Assembly: GCF_009914755.1 (NCBI RefSeq)
Contig: NC_060932.1
DNA length: 64,000 bases
Strand: one strand, 5' to 3'
Source: the human T2T-CHM13v2.0 reference genome, Homo sapiens
The notes under the pieces were generated by a model. It was not told the DNA's origin, did no database searches, and saw nothing but the letters and a program-made list of their open reading frames with translations. This document shows, piece by piece, positions 1 to 16,325 of this stretch (position 1 is its first letter; each line of letters opens with the position of its first letter). Made by a program: the position numbers and the translations under genes.

Positions 1-398
1 GATTCTATTTATCCTTTCATGCGAAAAACTAATTATTTGTTTGCAAGATGCTGCATCTTCATTAAAATCATTAGTATTCTGAGTAGATGGCACTATTAAT
101 TTTATGAATGGAATTGAAATTTCACTACTATGTTCCATACGGTTCTTAGGACAAGTGAGTATCCCCTCAAGATGTTATCTGTGTAAAAAGGGTAATTCTT
201 CATAGGTACACAAAGTAGTTACATGTAATTCACAGTATGCATTATTTTTTAAGTAGTCTTACTAGATAGCAGGCAGGAATTATAAATTGTTCAGATATAA
301 ATATATGTATAAAGTTGTATATATACACACATTATAATTTATGTTTACCTATATGTAGATTTTACAGATATATATTATTATATATACTTACAGAGAAA

Positions 399-512
399 TG
401 TATATGTATATATGTGTGTGTATATAGATAATAAGTGTGTATATGTATGTATATGTGTGTGATATATATATACACACACACACACACCCCCACACAGAGA
501 GAGAGAGAGAGA
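399..512. repeat. Compound microsatellite (TATG/TA)n-(CA)n-(GA)n
   Basis: Dinucleotide runs read directly from the sequence. Confidence 0.9.
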
Positions 513-1015
513 GGGGAGATTGACACTACTTTAGAGCAATATAAAGTCATCGTTTCAATTTTTCTAACAAAGGGGAGTCTATGACCAGGTTCTCTTCTAG
601 AAAAGCAAGTAAACTAATTAAGTCCTTAATTTGGAATGTATTTCATACTTTTTAGGAAGTATACAGGTATATCTAGGAAATATTGTGGGTTTTGTTCTAG
701 ACCATCACAATAAAGCAAATATCAAAGTAAAGCAAATCACACAAACTTTTTAGTTTCTCAGTCCACATACAAGTTATGTTTACACTATACTACAGTCTAT
801 TAAGTGTGCGATAGAATTATGTCTAAAAATGTGCATACCTTAATTAAAACATATTTTATTGCTAAGAAATGCTAATAATCACCTGAGCCTTCAGCAAGTC
901 ATAATCTTTTTGCTGGTGGAGGTTCTTGCCTTACTGTTGATGACTGCTGACTGATCAGGGGTGGTGGCTGCTGAAGGCTGGGGTAGGTGTGGCAATTTCT
1001 TAAAATAAGACAATA

Positions 1016-1308
<293 letters not shown>

Positions 1309-1319
1309 TGAAGTTTGCC

Positions 1320-2885
1320 ACATCTACTGACTCTTTCTTCCATGAAAGATTTCTCTGCAGCATGTGATGCTGTTTGATAGCATGCTACCTACAGTAGAAT
1401 GTCAAAATTGGAGTCAATTATCTCAAATCCTACTGCTGCTCTATCAACTAAGTTTACATAATATTCTAAATATTTTGTTGTTATTTCAACAATGTTCACA
1501 GCATTTTCACCAATGGTGATTCTATCTGAAGAAACCACTCTCTTTGCTTATCCATATGAAGACTCCTCATCCATTAAAATTTTATCATAAGATTGCAGCA
1601 ATTCAGTCGCATGTTTAGGCTCTACTTCTAATTTTGGTTATCTTGCTATTTCTACCACATCTACAGTTGCTGCTTCTATGGAAGTCTTGAATCCCTCAAA
1701 GTCATCCATGAGAGTTGGAATCAACGTCCTTCAAACTCCTGTTAATGTGGACATTTTGACCACCTTCCATGAATCATCATGAATGTTCTTAATGGCAACT
1801 AGAATGGTAAAATCATCTCCAGAAGGTTTTTACTTTACCTTTCCCAGGTCCATCAAAGGAATCATTATTTATGGCACCTATAATCTTACAAAATGTATTT
1901 CTGAAATAATAAGACTTGGAAGTCAAAATTTTACTCCTCGATCCATGGGTTGCAGAATGGATGTTATGCTAGCAGGCACGAAAACAACATTCATCTCCTT
2001 GTACATTTCCACCAGAGCCTTTGGGTGACTAGGTGCCTTGTTAGTAGTGGTTGGGAAGGAATCTCATTTTCTAAGCAGTAGGTCTCAACAGTGGGCTTAA
2101 AATATTCAGCAAACCATGCTGTAAAAGGATGTACTGTCATCCAGCTAGAGTAGACTGAGCACAGTTCTTAAAGGCTCTAGATTTTCAGAATGGTAAATGA
2201 ACACTGGCTTCAACTGCAAATCACCAGCTGCATTAACCCCTAACAATGGAGTCAGCCTGTCCTTTGAAGCCAGGCATCAACTTCTCCTCTCTAGCTCTCA
2301 GTCTTAGATGGCATCTTCTTCCAATAAAAGGTAGTTTTGTCTATACTGAAAATCTGTTGTTTAGTGTAGCCACCTTCATCAGTGATCTTAGCTAGTTCTT
2401 CTGAATAACTTACTGCAGCTTCTACGTCAGCACTTGCTGTTTCAACTTACACTTTTATGTTATGAAAATAACTATGTTTTTCTTTAATACTCATGAACCA
2501 ACCTCTGCTAGCTTCCAACTTTTGTTTTGCAGCTTCCTCACTTATCTCAACCTTTATAGAATTGAAGAGAGGTAAGGCCTTGCTCTGGATTAGGCCTTGG
2601 TTTAAGGGAATGCAGTGGCTGCTTTGATCTTCTATCCAGATCACCAAAACTTTCTCTACATCAGCAATAAGGCTGTTTCACTTTCTTATTATTGGTATGT
2701 TCACAGGAGTAGCACTTTTAATTTCCTTTAAGGACTTTTCCTTTGCATTCACAACCTGGCTGTTTGGCACAAAAGGCCTAGCTTGGCTTGCCACATGCCT
2801 TCTTTATAAGCTTAATGATTTCTACTTTTTAATTTAAAGTGAGAGATGTGAGACTCTTCCTTTCAGTTTAACACTTGGAGGCCAT
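1320..2885 (-). pseudogene. Dead Tigger1 (pogo/TIGD1-like) transposase
   Basis: ATG at 2885 reads ATG GCC TCC AAG TGT TAA, a stop at codon 6. ORF 2447-2647 ([22 protein letters not shown]...EASRGWF) matches the CENP-B-type HTH region of Tigger1 transposase. The 3' boundary is approximate. Confidence 0.85.
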
Positions 2886-3804
2886 TGTAGGGCTATTAAT
2901 TGGCCCATTTTAATTTTGTTATGACTCAGAAAATAGGGAGGTCTGAGGAGAGGGGGAAAAATAGGAGAGCGGCCAGTCAGTGCAGTGGTCAGAACACACA
3001 CATTTATCAATTAAGTTCATTGTCTTATATAGGTGCAGTTCATGACACCCCAAAACAATTACACTAATAACATCAAAGACCACTAATCACAGATTACCAT
3101 GACAGATATAATAATAATAAAAAGTTTGAAATGTGAGAATTACTGAAATGTGACACAGAGACCAGAGTGAGCACATGGTGTTGTTAGAAAATGGCGCTAA
3201 AAGACTCTTGCTTAATGTGGGGTAGCCACAAACTGTCAATGTGTAAAAAACACAACACTTGTGAAGTACAAGAAGGTGAGGTGCAATAAAATGGGGGTAT
3301 GTCTGTATTTGCATCCCAATTGCAATTTAATGGGTTAATAACATTATGAGTTTTATTTTTTCAACAGGGTAGGCATGGGGGAGGAGTCTCAGGAAAGAGT
3401 GGAAAGCCCAAGGGGATCTGCCTGGGATCTTAGATAGTCCCAGGAAATTCACAAAGTACATGATCTCCCAGATTAATAACCTTGAGAAACGGGAGTCTAG
3501 AGCCACTTCAGTCTGCATGGAATTAGAAGACAATGTCAGCAAATCAGAAATGTTGACAGGAAAAAATCTGCATAAGGCAGACATCTGGGAGGAGTTCATT
3601 TGGGTTCTTTCCAAACCTTGAAATGACAGACTCCTCGTATGCTTCTGGGACCCACCTTTGCAAGGAATATGCACGCACAGTGGTCTTAGACCATCTTAGA
3701 CAACATAAGGTATCTAATGTTTTAAGTATTTAAACACATTCCCAGATGGAAAATGATGCATTAATAGGTTTCATTTTTACAATAGCATATTGGTTAGTTT
3801 TTTA

Positions 3805-4075
3805 AAAAATCTACACTTTAAGAGCAGCTTTAGGTACACAGCAAAACTGAGCAAAATGTACAGAGTTCCCATATATCTCCTATCTCCACACACACTACCT
3901 CCCCCACTATAAACATGGTGGTCCATTTGTTACAACTGATGAAGCTACACTGATACATCATTATCACCCACAGTCTGTAGTTTACATTAATTAGGGTTCC
4001 CTGTTGGTATTGTTCATTTTATGGATTCCAACAAATGTACAATGACATGTATCCACCACTGTAGTGTCATACAGA
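3805..4075 (-). mobile_element. L1MC-type 3' end fragment
   Basis: agagcagctttaggtacacagcaaaactgagc...catcattatcaccca...atgacatgtatccacca matches the L1MC1/2 3' UTR in antisense. Confidence 0.8.
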
Positions 4076-4944
4076 AAAGGAGCTATGCTTGTGGTTTTTA
4101 ATTTTTTAAAGTATTTTTTGTGGACACAATTAATGCTAAGAGGATTCTTTTCAGCCAATGCTGCCTGTATCTACCTCCGAAAAATGCTATTGCTAAAAAT
4201 AGAGCCTGTAGCCTAAAATCCTACTTGTAGTCCCTACCATACTGAGTATTAATTGGATTTTTCTTAAATTAACATTAGGGAAGGGTTACAGAAAATGATA
4301 TGCCTATTTAATGCTCTGCTTATTTGACATGATACCTTTCCAGAAATATCTGTAAGTAGATACAGGATTTTACATGGATTAAAATGTCAGTAGTTGATTT
4401 CATAAAGAGGCAATGCCACAATTATACTTCTTGTGCTGTTCCATACTCAAACTGAATTTCTGGGAACATTTCCAAATATCCCCAATAGTCTTTCTAGGTT
4501 AGTGACCAGGAATGTTTGCAAGTAACTAAATTTATATCATTTGGATGAAAATTCCATTTGTGTTTCGGGCTATGTTGATACAGAACAAAGGAGAGTAGAC
4601 ACTTGGCAATTATCCTGTTAATTTGATGAATGTGGATGGCTGTCCGGCCTTACCAGATATTTCAAACCAACAAATAGAATTCTTTTTGTCTCAGTGATCT
4701 AATTTGTTAACCAGATAACTGCCAAGACTGCAACTTCATTCTGTTCTGTATAAAATTATTTGTAATTTTTCAATATTTCCAGAATCAGCTGCTTAAGGGA
4801 AATATATGTAAATATATGGATATTTTTGCATTCAAGCTATATTTCTCACTCCATATTGATGATATAAAGGGAAACAGAGAGAGATATAGATTCTCATCAT
4901 GATTTTTGTCTTGTTTCTCAAATGTCCAGTATATATTAAAAGCA

Positions 4945-5172
4945 ATACAACATGGTAGCTAAAAGCAGCAGCTTTGGAGCCAGTGTGCTGAGTTCAAATC
5001 TTGACTCTACCTCTTACTATGTATGTGACCAATGCCTCACTTTTTCTCTCTGTAAAATGGGGAGACAATAGTGCCTATCTCATGGGTCATTGTGAGCATA
5101 GAAAGTTGGTACATACAAACTGCGTAAGATAGAGCTCAGACTATAGTAAACACTCAACAAATGCAACTATTA
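4945..5172 (+). mobile_element. MIR
   Basis: ctttggagcc...gagttcaaatc...tctgtaaaatgggg...aatagtgcctatctcat MIR core. Confidence 0.85.
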
Positions 5173-5204
5173 TCTTTACATTAACTTTATCATTTAAAAG
5201 ATCC

Positions 5205-5362
5205 AGGAAGGACCTTTTGGGGATGATGAAAATGTTCTAAAAATGGATTTGGGAGATGGTTGCATAGCTCTGTAAATTTAATAAAAAATCATTTAATTGG
5301 CCATTTAACACAGGGGAATTTCATGGTAATTAGATAGCTTAATACAGCTGTTACATTTTAAA
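5205..5362 (+). mobile_element. Old L1 (L1MC/ME) 3' end fragment
   Basis: ggggatgatgaaaatgttctaaaa...gatggttgcat...gaatttcatggta. Confidence 0.7.
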
Positions 5363-6399
5363 AAGATGGGCCAGCCTTATTAAATCAATAGCATTAGCTT
5401 CTTGAGTTGTAAAGCCTGAGAACAAGAACAGAGAAATATGAGAAAGAAAGAGAGACAATCTGATAGAGGGAGAGCCCATCTTCTCTCCCCTCTCCCACTG
5501 TATGGACTGTTCTCTAACACAGTAGCTACAGAGACCTCATCAGCTGTCTCCTGGGAGCTGCCGCTTGGCCTGTTCTCTCATCGCCCTGTGGTGGCTATCA
5601 GTGATCTGTCCAATACTGGAAGGTGTACTCTGAAAAAAAAAACTAAGATTTACTCTTCTGTTTACACAGTGTCTTGAACCTACTCGTAAACTTTGTTTCC
5701 TTCAACCTTTTTCTTTAAAATCAAGTACAAACTAAGAATAGGTATCCCTTTCCCCACTCTTATTACCTCATTGCCTGAATATTTTTTAAGTGTATTCATT
5801 GATTGACTAATTAATTCAGCATTTTTGTGTTACCACCCTCATGTTCCAGGCATATTCCTACAAAGTGGAAGGGGAAAGAAAAAAACCAAGGCAATGTGGT
5901 CCCTGCCCTCTAAGGTCTTAGAACTGCTAATGTGGCCCAATTCATTTGGATCTGCCCTTCTTCAAATCTACCCACTCTTTCCTAATTCTAAATAAAACTT
6001 AAACCTTTTTTGAAGGTGTTTCCACCTTTCCAGTGTAGATAATCCTTCCCACTCACCCATCTCACTGGTCAAGAGGTAGAGGTGAGAACTCGTTCCTGCC
6101 AGAGCATCATTCCACTGCCATTCTCAATTAATTCCTCTTTGGAGTCTACATCATCTGCTTATTCCACATTTTCTCTCTCCTAACTGTTGTTATCTCTTAT
6201 TTTCTAGGTCACCTCCAACTTTATTCTCTCTGTTTATTGCCTTTCCTGATTTTTATATTTCTCTTGCAGATCTTTTCCAAATTAGCTTCATTTTCTTGTT
6301 GTTGCTTCAGTTTTAACTAATGACTGCAGTTCAACTTCCTGTAGGCACTGGTAGTAATGTGAACTAGTTACCACATAGAACTGAACTCTGTGGATGTCA

Positions 6400-8450
6400 A
6401 ATTGCAAAATTTCTGGCTCTGATTAGAACTTCCTACCCTCCCACAACTTCCATTCTTTAATTCTCTTGAGTCTTCCATCTTCCTTCCCAATTACCTTTAA
6501 TCCCTCTACCTCTCTCTAGTCGTCGTTCCACTGTCTCCAAGAAGATGTAGACTAGATTTCAGAATTCATCACTTCAAGCAAGCTTTTTCTACAAGCCTCT
6601 TTATTTTGACATCTTTGATGGTTTTCTTTTTTTTCATTTCCCTCCATCTGCCTTACCCTTCGCCTGGCCTGGGGAAGTCCCACTCTCTCACTTTCTTTAG
6701 TCCCTGCTTCAAAATCACATAATATTGCCAGAAATAATCATGAAATTTATCTGATTAATTCCACTATACAATAATGTTTTCTGTGTTATCTAGGCCCTAG
6801 TTTTACTGCTCATCTTTTCCGTTGAGTTTCCATCACATTTTCCACCTCACCTCTTCCAAACATTTTTTCTGATCTTCTAATACTCAATCCCTTACCACCT
6901 TCTCTAATGATCACCTTTTCTCTTACTGCACAGAAAAGTCCACCCGAACAAACTCCCTTAATTCTCCTCCTCTTCATCTCCAAATTTTTGTTGGAAACTG
7001 AACTCTTTCTTCCTTCTTTCTTTTTGGCTTCAGAGATAGATTTTTCTCCATTCTTAAGAATAATCCTTCCCTTGGACTCTCAACTGTATCCCTCCTGGTA
7101 ACTTGCCCCATCTGTCATTTCTCATCTTTCATCACCCCCTTAAGCCTACAAAAAGGCTCAAATTCTCCTTTATCCTTACAAACAAAACAAAACAAAATGA
7201 AACCCAAACAATCAACCAATAGCTCTTCTCTGTACTCAACCACCCACTGAAGTTACTAATTTCTCTCTCTCCTTTCCATTACCACAGAACTTCTCAAAGT
7301 AACTTGGTATGCCTCTGCATGCACTTCTAACCACTCACTTGCCCCTTGATCTCTTGAAGTTGCGTGCTGTCTTCTCCTCTCCTTATACTCATTCTCTTTC
7401 CCTCATTCAGAACTGACAGCCAGCCCTTCCCACTTGGATCTCTCAGCCTTTTATTTCATCCTAGTCTTCAAGACAGGCTCTCCTATGCCCCCACACCCCT
7501 TTCCTTACTCCTGAGTGCTCCCCAGAGGAATGGCGTACACACCCTCTTCTTGGGAATGAGCGCCCTTCTACAGAGAAGATCTCAAATATCTTTTCGGGGA
7601 GGATTACTCTGCCTATCTCCATCTTTTCATTCTTATGCCCTGCTGGGCATCTTCATCAAAGACGCCTATCAGAATCTCAAGTTGATTGTGTTCAAGGCTC
7701 AACTCTTCTTCCCTCTAAAACTGGTCCTCTATCTTTACTGATGGCATGACTCACACTCCTTAGTCACTGAAGCTTCTAATTTAAGTATCTTATGAATCCT
7801 TCTCTATTCTTTGCATCCCAAGTCCTGCACATTACAGATCTCAAACACCTGTTCCCACCAGTTCAATCCCAATCTATGGTCTTCTCACCTTTTGTCCAGA
7901 TTGTTGCCATTATCATTTAACTGATCTCTTCTATCCCCTGCTTCCTCTCAATGCAATCCATTCAATATAACTCTGAAAATAATGTCCTTAAGTTATAGCC
8001 TTGATCATAGCTCTCCCCTCCTCAAAAATATGCCCTGGCTTCTCATTGACAATTGAACAAAATGGATCCTTCTTATTCTGATATCCAAAGCTTTCTGACA
8101 TCTGCTGTCTGCTCAGTGAAGCCAAACCAATGTGCTCTGCATGCCCTGTGACATCACCATTCCCTCCTCTCTGCATTTATTCATATGGTCCCTCTGGCTG
8201 GTGATGTCATACTTTATCTCCAAATATCCAAATTTTAACCATCCTTCTTCTGCAGCCTTTCCTGATTCTCAAACCAGAGTGGTATTTATCCCTCCTTTGA
8301 ATCAGAAAATTCTCCATTAGTATTACTCCTACATCAGTTTCACTGTCTGCCTGAAATATTTGCACATGTATGTACTTTAGCTACTAGCTTATGAACTCAC
8401 TGACAGCAGACACTGTGGACTTGAGTCTAGTTCAGTGCCTATACACACAT
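6400..8450 (+). mobile_element. Highly degraded L2 fragments
   Basis: Pyrimidine-rich stretch with L2-like blocks (atctcaagttga...aactcttcttccctc; tgcaatccattc). Boundaries are approximate. Confidence 0.5.
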
Positions 8451-8462
8451 CATTGTGTAGAA

Positions 8463-8635
8463 TGGTGGTTTCCACACATGACATGCAGCAATCTCCTAGG
8501 AGGCTTGTTAATACACAGACTACTGGACTGTCCCCATGTGTTTGAGTCAGTAGGACAGCAAAGGGGCCTGAGAATTTGCATGTCTCAGGTGATGTTGATG
8601 CTGCTGGTCCAGCAACCACACTTAAAGAACCCCTG
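8463..8635. mobile_element. MER5A (hAT-Charlie MITE)
   Basis: ggggcctgagaatttgcat...caggtgatgttgatgctgctggtcc...accacactt..agaacccctg. Confidence 0.85.
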
Positions 8636-9299
8636 GCATCGAGTTAAAGCTTCTAGGCTCAAATCCATGTTCTACCTCTTAAATGCTACAGAAATCTGAA
8701 TAAAGAGACAAGTTTTCTGACCTTCAAGTTCTTCATATGTAAAAGTGAGATCATGATATTGCCAAACTTATACACATCTACGATGGTTGTTAAAACCAAT
8801 TGCTGAAAATCTGTAGAACTCCATACAAATAAATATCAAATGAATAAAAATAATTAAGCCATCCACCTTAGAATGTCAAATCAATTTTGGTGACATTTTT
8901 CTCAGTGCCCCTTTATTCTCACTCCAGTGTATGTTTTTGAGTGTATTCTCTGATGAAATAATCACCTCCCTTTTGCCCTGTAGAGGTTCATCTGTAAAAA
9001 GTGTTGGATAAGCCCAACACTGTAGTGCATCAAGATCAGATGCAGTGAATATATTTCAGAAATTTCCCACTTGGGTTTGCAATGTACACATGGAAGCAAT
9101 TTGGCCTGTAGGTTGAAAAGCTCCCTTCACTGCAAATGAATGACTTGGTTTATTCCATATGTGTCCCTGAAATCCAGAGCCTGTACTAGGGTGAGGCATA
9201 TTTGCCTGAGGAGAAAAACTTAAGGTAAAGGACTGACTAGTCAAGATAAATTATATTTTAGTACCATATTTTTTAAACAAATGTCAAAAACCCATCTGA

Positions 9300-10900
<1,601 letters not shown>

Positions 10901-13500
10901 TTTAACAAAATATCAAAATGTTAAATAAAGGCAGGACTGGTATACATTTTCTGACAAATATCTGCTTCAGTAGTAAATGATCAGCTGAACACAAATCTCT
11001 TTCTTCTTGTATTTCCATGAATTGGTTAATGGTGTCCTAATGTCTTATGAAATGATTCCCTACACTTTGGGCTTTTCCAGGTATGGACAAATTGGAAATT
11101 TGCAAGAAACCTCCCATTTTTAAAACCTCCATTTCTTCAACTTGCAAGAGCACCAAGGGCCTTATAAGGGTCCATCAATAGTAATAAATCTCATAATGAG
11201 CAAAAAATTATCAGTGTTGATCTATAATTTATGTGCTCTGATTATTGTTCAAATATTAATCCTTACAATACTAAATGGCATGTTCTAGTCTGAGTGCACT
11301 TTCATAAACTCATTTAAAAATCCTCACTACTCTTTTAAAACATAGTACTTAAGGTCGTCACTTAAATTTACTGATGGAGAAACAGACAGGACAGAGAGGG
11401 CACTTAGGGAAGTACTCATGGTTCCACTAATCACAGGAGGCATTGCAAAAGATGAGGAAAACCTTCAGGGTACTTAGAGCTGAGTGCTGGTGTCTCATGG
11501 TAGCTACTGAAAACTACTACAGGATTTAGAAATAGAATACAGACTCCCAGTCCGCAAATTCAGTTTGCAATGGTATGCAATTCCATTGGTTGAAACTGAA
11601 GCCACGGAAAAGCAAGTAAGATTACAGCCTGGTACTGAGTTCATGCAGTTCAAAGTAACTCTAAGCAACGTGGATCGAATAAACCTCCAGAGTCAGGAAG
11701 TGATTGGAGGGATGTGTTTTATATCTTTTTTAATTTAAGCTCAAAGAGCAATTTGAATTATGTATCCTATTTTATTTCTTACTGTTAAACCCAGACATTG
11801 AAATGTATATCCAGGGCCTTTTAGGAATACAAAGTAAAAGCAATGTCACGTATTGTGCTCCAGCAGGTAATTCAGTGTTTTAGGATTAGCCAAGAGATTT
11901 ATCAAGCAGCCTCCAAGGGAATCAGAGTTCAAGTCTGGGCTCATCAATAATACATAAATAAACTGAACAATTAGGTACAAAGTGGCTATCTTGTCAGACA
12001 ACTTATTAGCCGATAAATGATACACTCACTGGCTGACTTGAGTACAGAGACAAAGGACACATTAAGACAGAAAAAGGGCTGAATAAAAAAAAAGAGAGAA
12101 GCAAGCTTCCTGCAGCCTTTGGGCTTCTGTCCTGTCTCATCCTGCTGTGGAGAAGTGAGGCCTAGGTGTTAACATGGAAAGGAGAGTAAAGCCTAAATTA
12201 GAAACGCCTAGTCTGAATTTCATTACCTTCTTTAAGAGGCCTAGAGCTTAGCATCGGTATATTTGCACACGTTTGGAGAAGTTGTGGACAGGCTGCAGTC
12301 CAGAAGAGATTCGTTTTCTTTAGCAATGAGACCCTCCAGTTAGTGCCTAAGGCAGAAATTGGGGGTAGTTATTTGACTCTAGAAAATCCCTAAATTTGCA
12401 TAACGACACGATTTTCCCTTAGTGTTCCAGATGCATTTGAAGACCAAACCAAGGAGGCACTTGCCTTTCAGGGACATGGAGTAACAGAATGCCAATTGTC
12501 ACACACTGGCCTTCCCCCCAGCACTGTGAGGAGAAAGGAAGCAAATGCAGGTGGCCAAATGCAGGGACAACAGATGCCACTCCCTCAGAGAAATGGCGTG
12601 CTAGGAAATAAACCTTTTCTGCATCTTTTTTTTGGTTTTGGTCAAGACATGGAGTAGAATTTGCATTCATTAAGTTAGCCCTTCGTTTGTAATATAGATG
12701 GCACAAGTACCAACTTTGAAGGTACATTATAAACCGATGAAGAGTGAAAAAGTAGAATATAAAATAAATGGAAGTACTAATTCTGATTGGAGCCGGAAGA
12801 GTCTTTGAAAATCTGGGGAGGAGTAGACCACTGGAACTCAGTTCTCAATCAGTTTTAAGGTCAACGACATGAAAAGTCAGAATTATCCTTGACAGCTAAG
12901 GCCTCCAGGCTGGGGCCAGATGAAGTAGTGCCTGGTGTTTAGCACCTAACTGTGGGATACTTAGTAAGTTTCTTTAACCAGCAGGATCCTGGTCAGTCCT
13001 GCACCAGGCTCACAGAGGCACTCAGAGGCACTGGAAGTGAGGTTGGCAGATTCACCTCTCATCTCATGCACACTCTGGGTGGTTCCCCACTCCCAAGGGT
13101 TGGTGGGGACTTCTTCTGAAGCATTTCCTTTGAAAGATATGGAAATTAAGGCTCTGAGAAAAGAAGCTGGCCTAAATGACATAACTAGTTGAAAGTAATA
13201 CAGGAATCCAATCCAGGTCTTCTGACTCCCAGGGTCTAAGTGAGTCCATTACCATTTTGCAGTTTGATTAATAACAGCAGGTAAATGCAAACTTCAGATG
13301 AAAAAATACTATCTATAAAGTAAACATTGGATGAACAGTCACCTGTAACTGTAAATGATGAACTAAGGTCACAATTTCACCATTGCAAAGACTGAAAGGA
13401 CACAACTCTTAAAAACTCAAAAGAATGAACAAGGCTGCCAAAAAAGCACAGATTTCGGCAGATAAAAATAGGTTTTATTAATGGGTCTATTCATCTAAGT

Positions 13501-13721
13501 TAGGGTCCATAAACTAATGGTCACAGGCCAAATCTGGTCTGCTGTCTGCTTTTATAAACATAGTTTTGGGGCAAAACAGCCATGTTCTTTCATTTCTGTA
13601 TGTCTATAGCCGTTCCCTGATACAATGGCGGAGTTGAATATTTGCCACATCAACTATCTGGCCTGCAAAACCAAAAGCATTTACTAGTCGGTCCTTTACA
13701 GGAAAATGATGCCAACCCCTG
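13501..13721. mobile_element. MER58A (hAT-Charlie MITE)
   Basis: ggccaaatctggtctgctgtctg...tggcctgcaaaacc...ctttacagga...gccaacccctg. Near-perfect 8-bp TSD ATCTAAGT / AGCTAAGT. Confidence 0.85.
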
Positions 13722-13789
13722 AGCTAAGTCATGATGAAACTAGGACAGATTAAAAAGTGTTATTAACAAGTCACATTTGTTAATCAAGA

Positions 13790-14040
13790 TGGGCAATTCT
13801 CAAACTATGACTCACAAAAATAAGGGTTTTGGATATTAAGAGTTATTCTGATAAAATGGGCTCAATAGGCCAACAAGCTTTGGAAAGTCTGAGAAAATAA
13901 CTGGAAATAATAATGTAATAATAATAAAGCTTACTACAGGACTTCTCAACCTCCAATATGCCAATGTGCACAGGAAATCTGAGTTGAAGTGAGGTGTGTT
14001 ATTTCATGCAGTATTTCCCAGACTTATTTGACTTATGGTG
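13790..14040. mobile_element. Ancient hAT-Charlie-type DNA transposon fragment
   Basis: caggacttctca..aatatgccaatgtgca...cagtatttcccagacttatttgac. Exact family is uncertain. Confidence 0.5.
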
Positions 14041-14254
14041 TACATGCCTAGAGCCAAACCAATGGTCAGGTAGTTGGTCCTCTTCTGCAACTGTGAGACT
14101 TGGAGAAAGAGGCAGAGGGCAAAACTCCCAAGACAACAAGGAAGTCATTTATTCCCTTGCTTGCTCACTAGATTTTTGACAAGTATTAATGAAATAATAA
14201 AATTTTTCTCCTCCAAGAACCTGGCAGAGATTATCTCACTATTACAAAACTTTA

Positions 14255-14552
<298 letters not shown>

Positions 14553-15279
14553 TTAGAAAACATAAACTCTTTTAGCTATGTTTAGTGCATGGTGTTATAA
14601 AGTGTCCTTTTTACCATAAGCCTGTATCTTCCAGGAGATCAACCGGATGTTGAGATGCAGAGTATCCATGAGAGAAGGGTGCATTCCTCTGTCCGGTGAT
14701 GTGCCCAGTATTTGGTGTATTTTTTAACAGCTTTACACATTTTTGCCTTGCTTTGTTCCCATTAACTAAGAGCTACATGTCTGCTTGAGTAATTGTTTTT
14801 CCTTTACTGTTAGCAAAAGACCATATGCTATTTCACTTGCATCTCATTAAGCCTTTCAAATATTAGAGTTTTAAGAGACTTGGTATTTCTGCAGAAAAAA
14901 TTAAGTGTCCTCCAATTAGCTGTATTTGACAATGTGTTAGTTATTAATATAAGCTATTTTCAAATGAAATGTTCTATGACCACTCTTCCTTTTGAACTAA
15001 AAAGAGTGACAGCCCAGTATGACTGAGAGGCTCAAAACCAAAGCCTTCGCTCAGGACACTATCTCCTGTCACCTGGCTCCAGTTGGCAGACTGGCCCAAA
15101 GAAGCCCTATTCACACCTCATGACAACCAACATCATCTTGATCCATAATTGAGGTCAGACACAGGTTGGGTCAATCGGAATCACTCCAGAGACACAAAGT
15201 CCTCAGTGCTGTATCCCAGCAATGGTTGTGCTCCTCTGGGAGGGTGCAAGATTGCCCACACTTCTAATTTAACCAGGCT

Positions 15280-15510
15280 TCATGCAATATTTACTATATC
15301 CCACTGTCCCAAGCTCTTTCAAATACTACCTCTTTTAATTCACATAACCACACTATAAGGTGGGTATTATCAATCACCATTCTTCAGATGGCAAAACTGA
15401 GGCACAGAGCAGGTAAAGAATTGGCCTGTGATCACACAGATAGCAAGGTAAGGAGCTGGGATAGAAATTCAGATGGGATTTGACTCTAGAATCCATGCTT
15501 TTAACCATGA
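15280..15510 (-). mobile_element. MIR
   Basis: cagatggcaaaactgaggcacagag...atcacacag...tgactctaga. Confidence 0.85.
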
Positions 15511-15549
15511 TATGGTGGCCTCAAGGTTCAATTGTCCTGCTGAGACTTG

Positions 15550-15730
15550 TTTTTTCAATCCCTGGATAGCATGAAATACTCTAATATCCTTCTAGTAAAG
15601 CTTCTTTTTTTGTTTCTGTTATTCATTTATTTATTTTTATTTATTTATTTATTTATTTTTTATTATTATTTTTGGCTAGAGCTAGCCAGAGTTGGTTTCT
15701 GTTGCTTGCAACCAAAAGAAACTTAAACAG
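15550..15730 (+). mobile_element. MLT1-type (MaLR) LTR 3' fragment containing a (TTTA)n run
   Basis: gctagccagagttggtttctgttgcttgcaaccaaaaga is a typical MLT1 LTR end. Confidence 0.65.
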
Positions 15731-16179
15731 AGGAGAGAAAGCACTCCTCTGTTTTCCCAACAAGGTTTCCTCTACATATCATACTTGAAGGATACTGAAG
15801 TTGCTATTGGTAACCACCATCAACACCAAAATTCTACAGTGCAGAATTAATGTGGAACAGGAGAGAAGGGGAGAGGGTTGGGATGAGGGAGTCCGCAGCA
15901 AGCATCCCAGAGGTCTGCAGGTTTGCATGCATGTGCAACCCATTGTCAGGAATCTCTGTGCTGGTCAGCAGGTCAGCCTGTGACAACAGAATTGGGGCAG
16001 GCACTCACCTACCTAGGTGCTGAGGGCATCCTTCCATCTTCTGCTCCCACAATGTGGGCCACAGTTAGGCTAAATGTGTCCCTTGTCCATTTCCTTCAGA
16101 GCAAATGCTGTATTTTATCACCTTTAGCTCCTCAAAAACAGTTCCTTTGTCCAGAGGTTTCATTTTGTTTTAAATCTAA

Positions 16180-16325
16180 CGTGTATTGAGCACTTACAAA
16201 ATTGAGCACTCTTCTAAGTGCTTTGCCTATGTTAATTAATCCTCGTAAGCCTCATAAGAATAATATATTTTACAGATGAAGAAAATTGAGGCAGAAAGGA
16301 AGTGTACAGCTAGGCTCAAACTCAG
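16180..16325 (-). mobile_element. MIR
   Basis: tattgagcactta...ttttacagatgaagaaaattgaggcaga. Confidence 0.8.

Noticed and set aside
362-550. Low-complexity ORFs (also 34275-34775 and 46655-47095)
   Set aside because: Stop-free reading through microsatellites and CT tracts.
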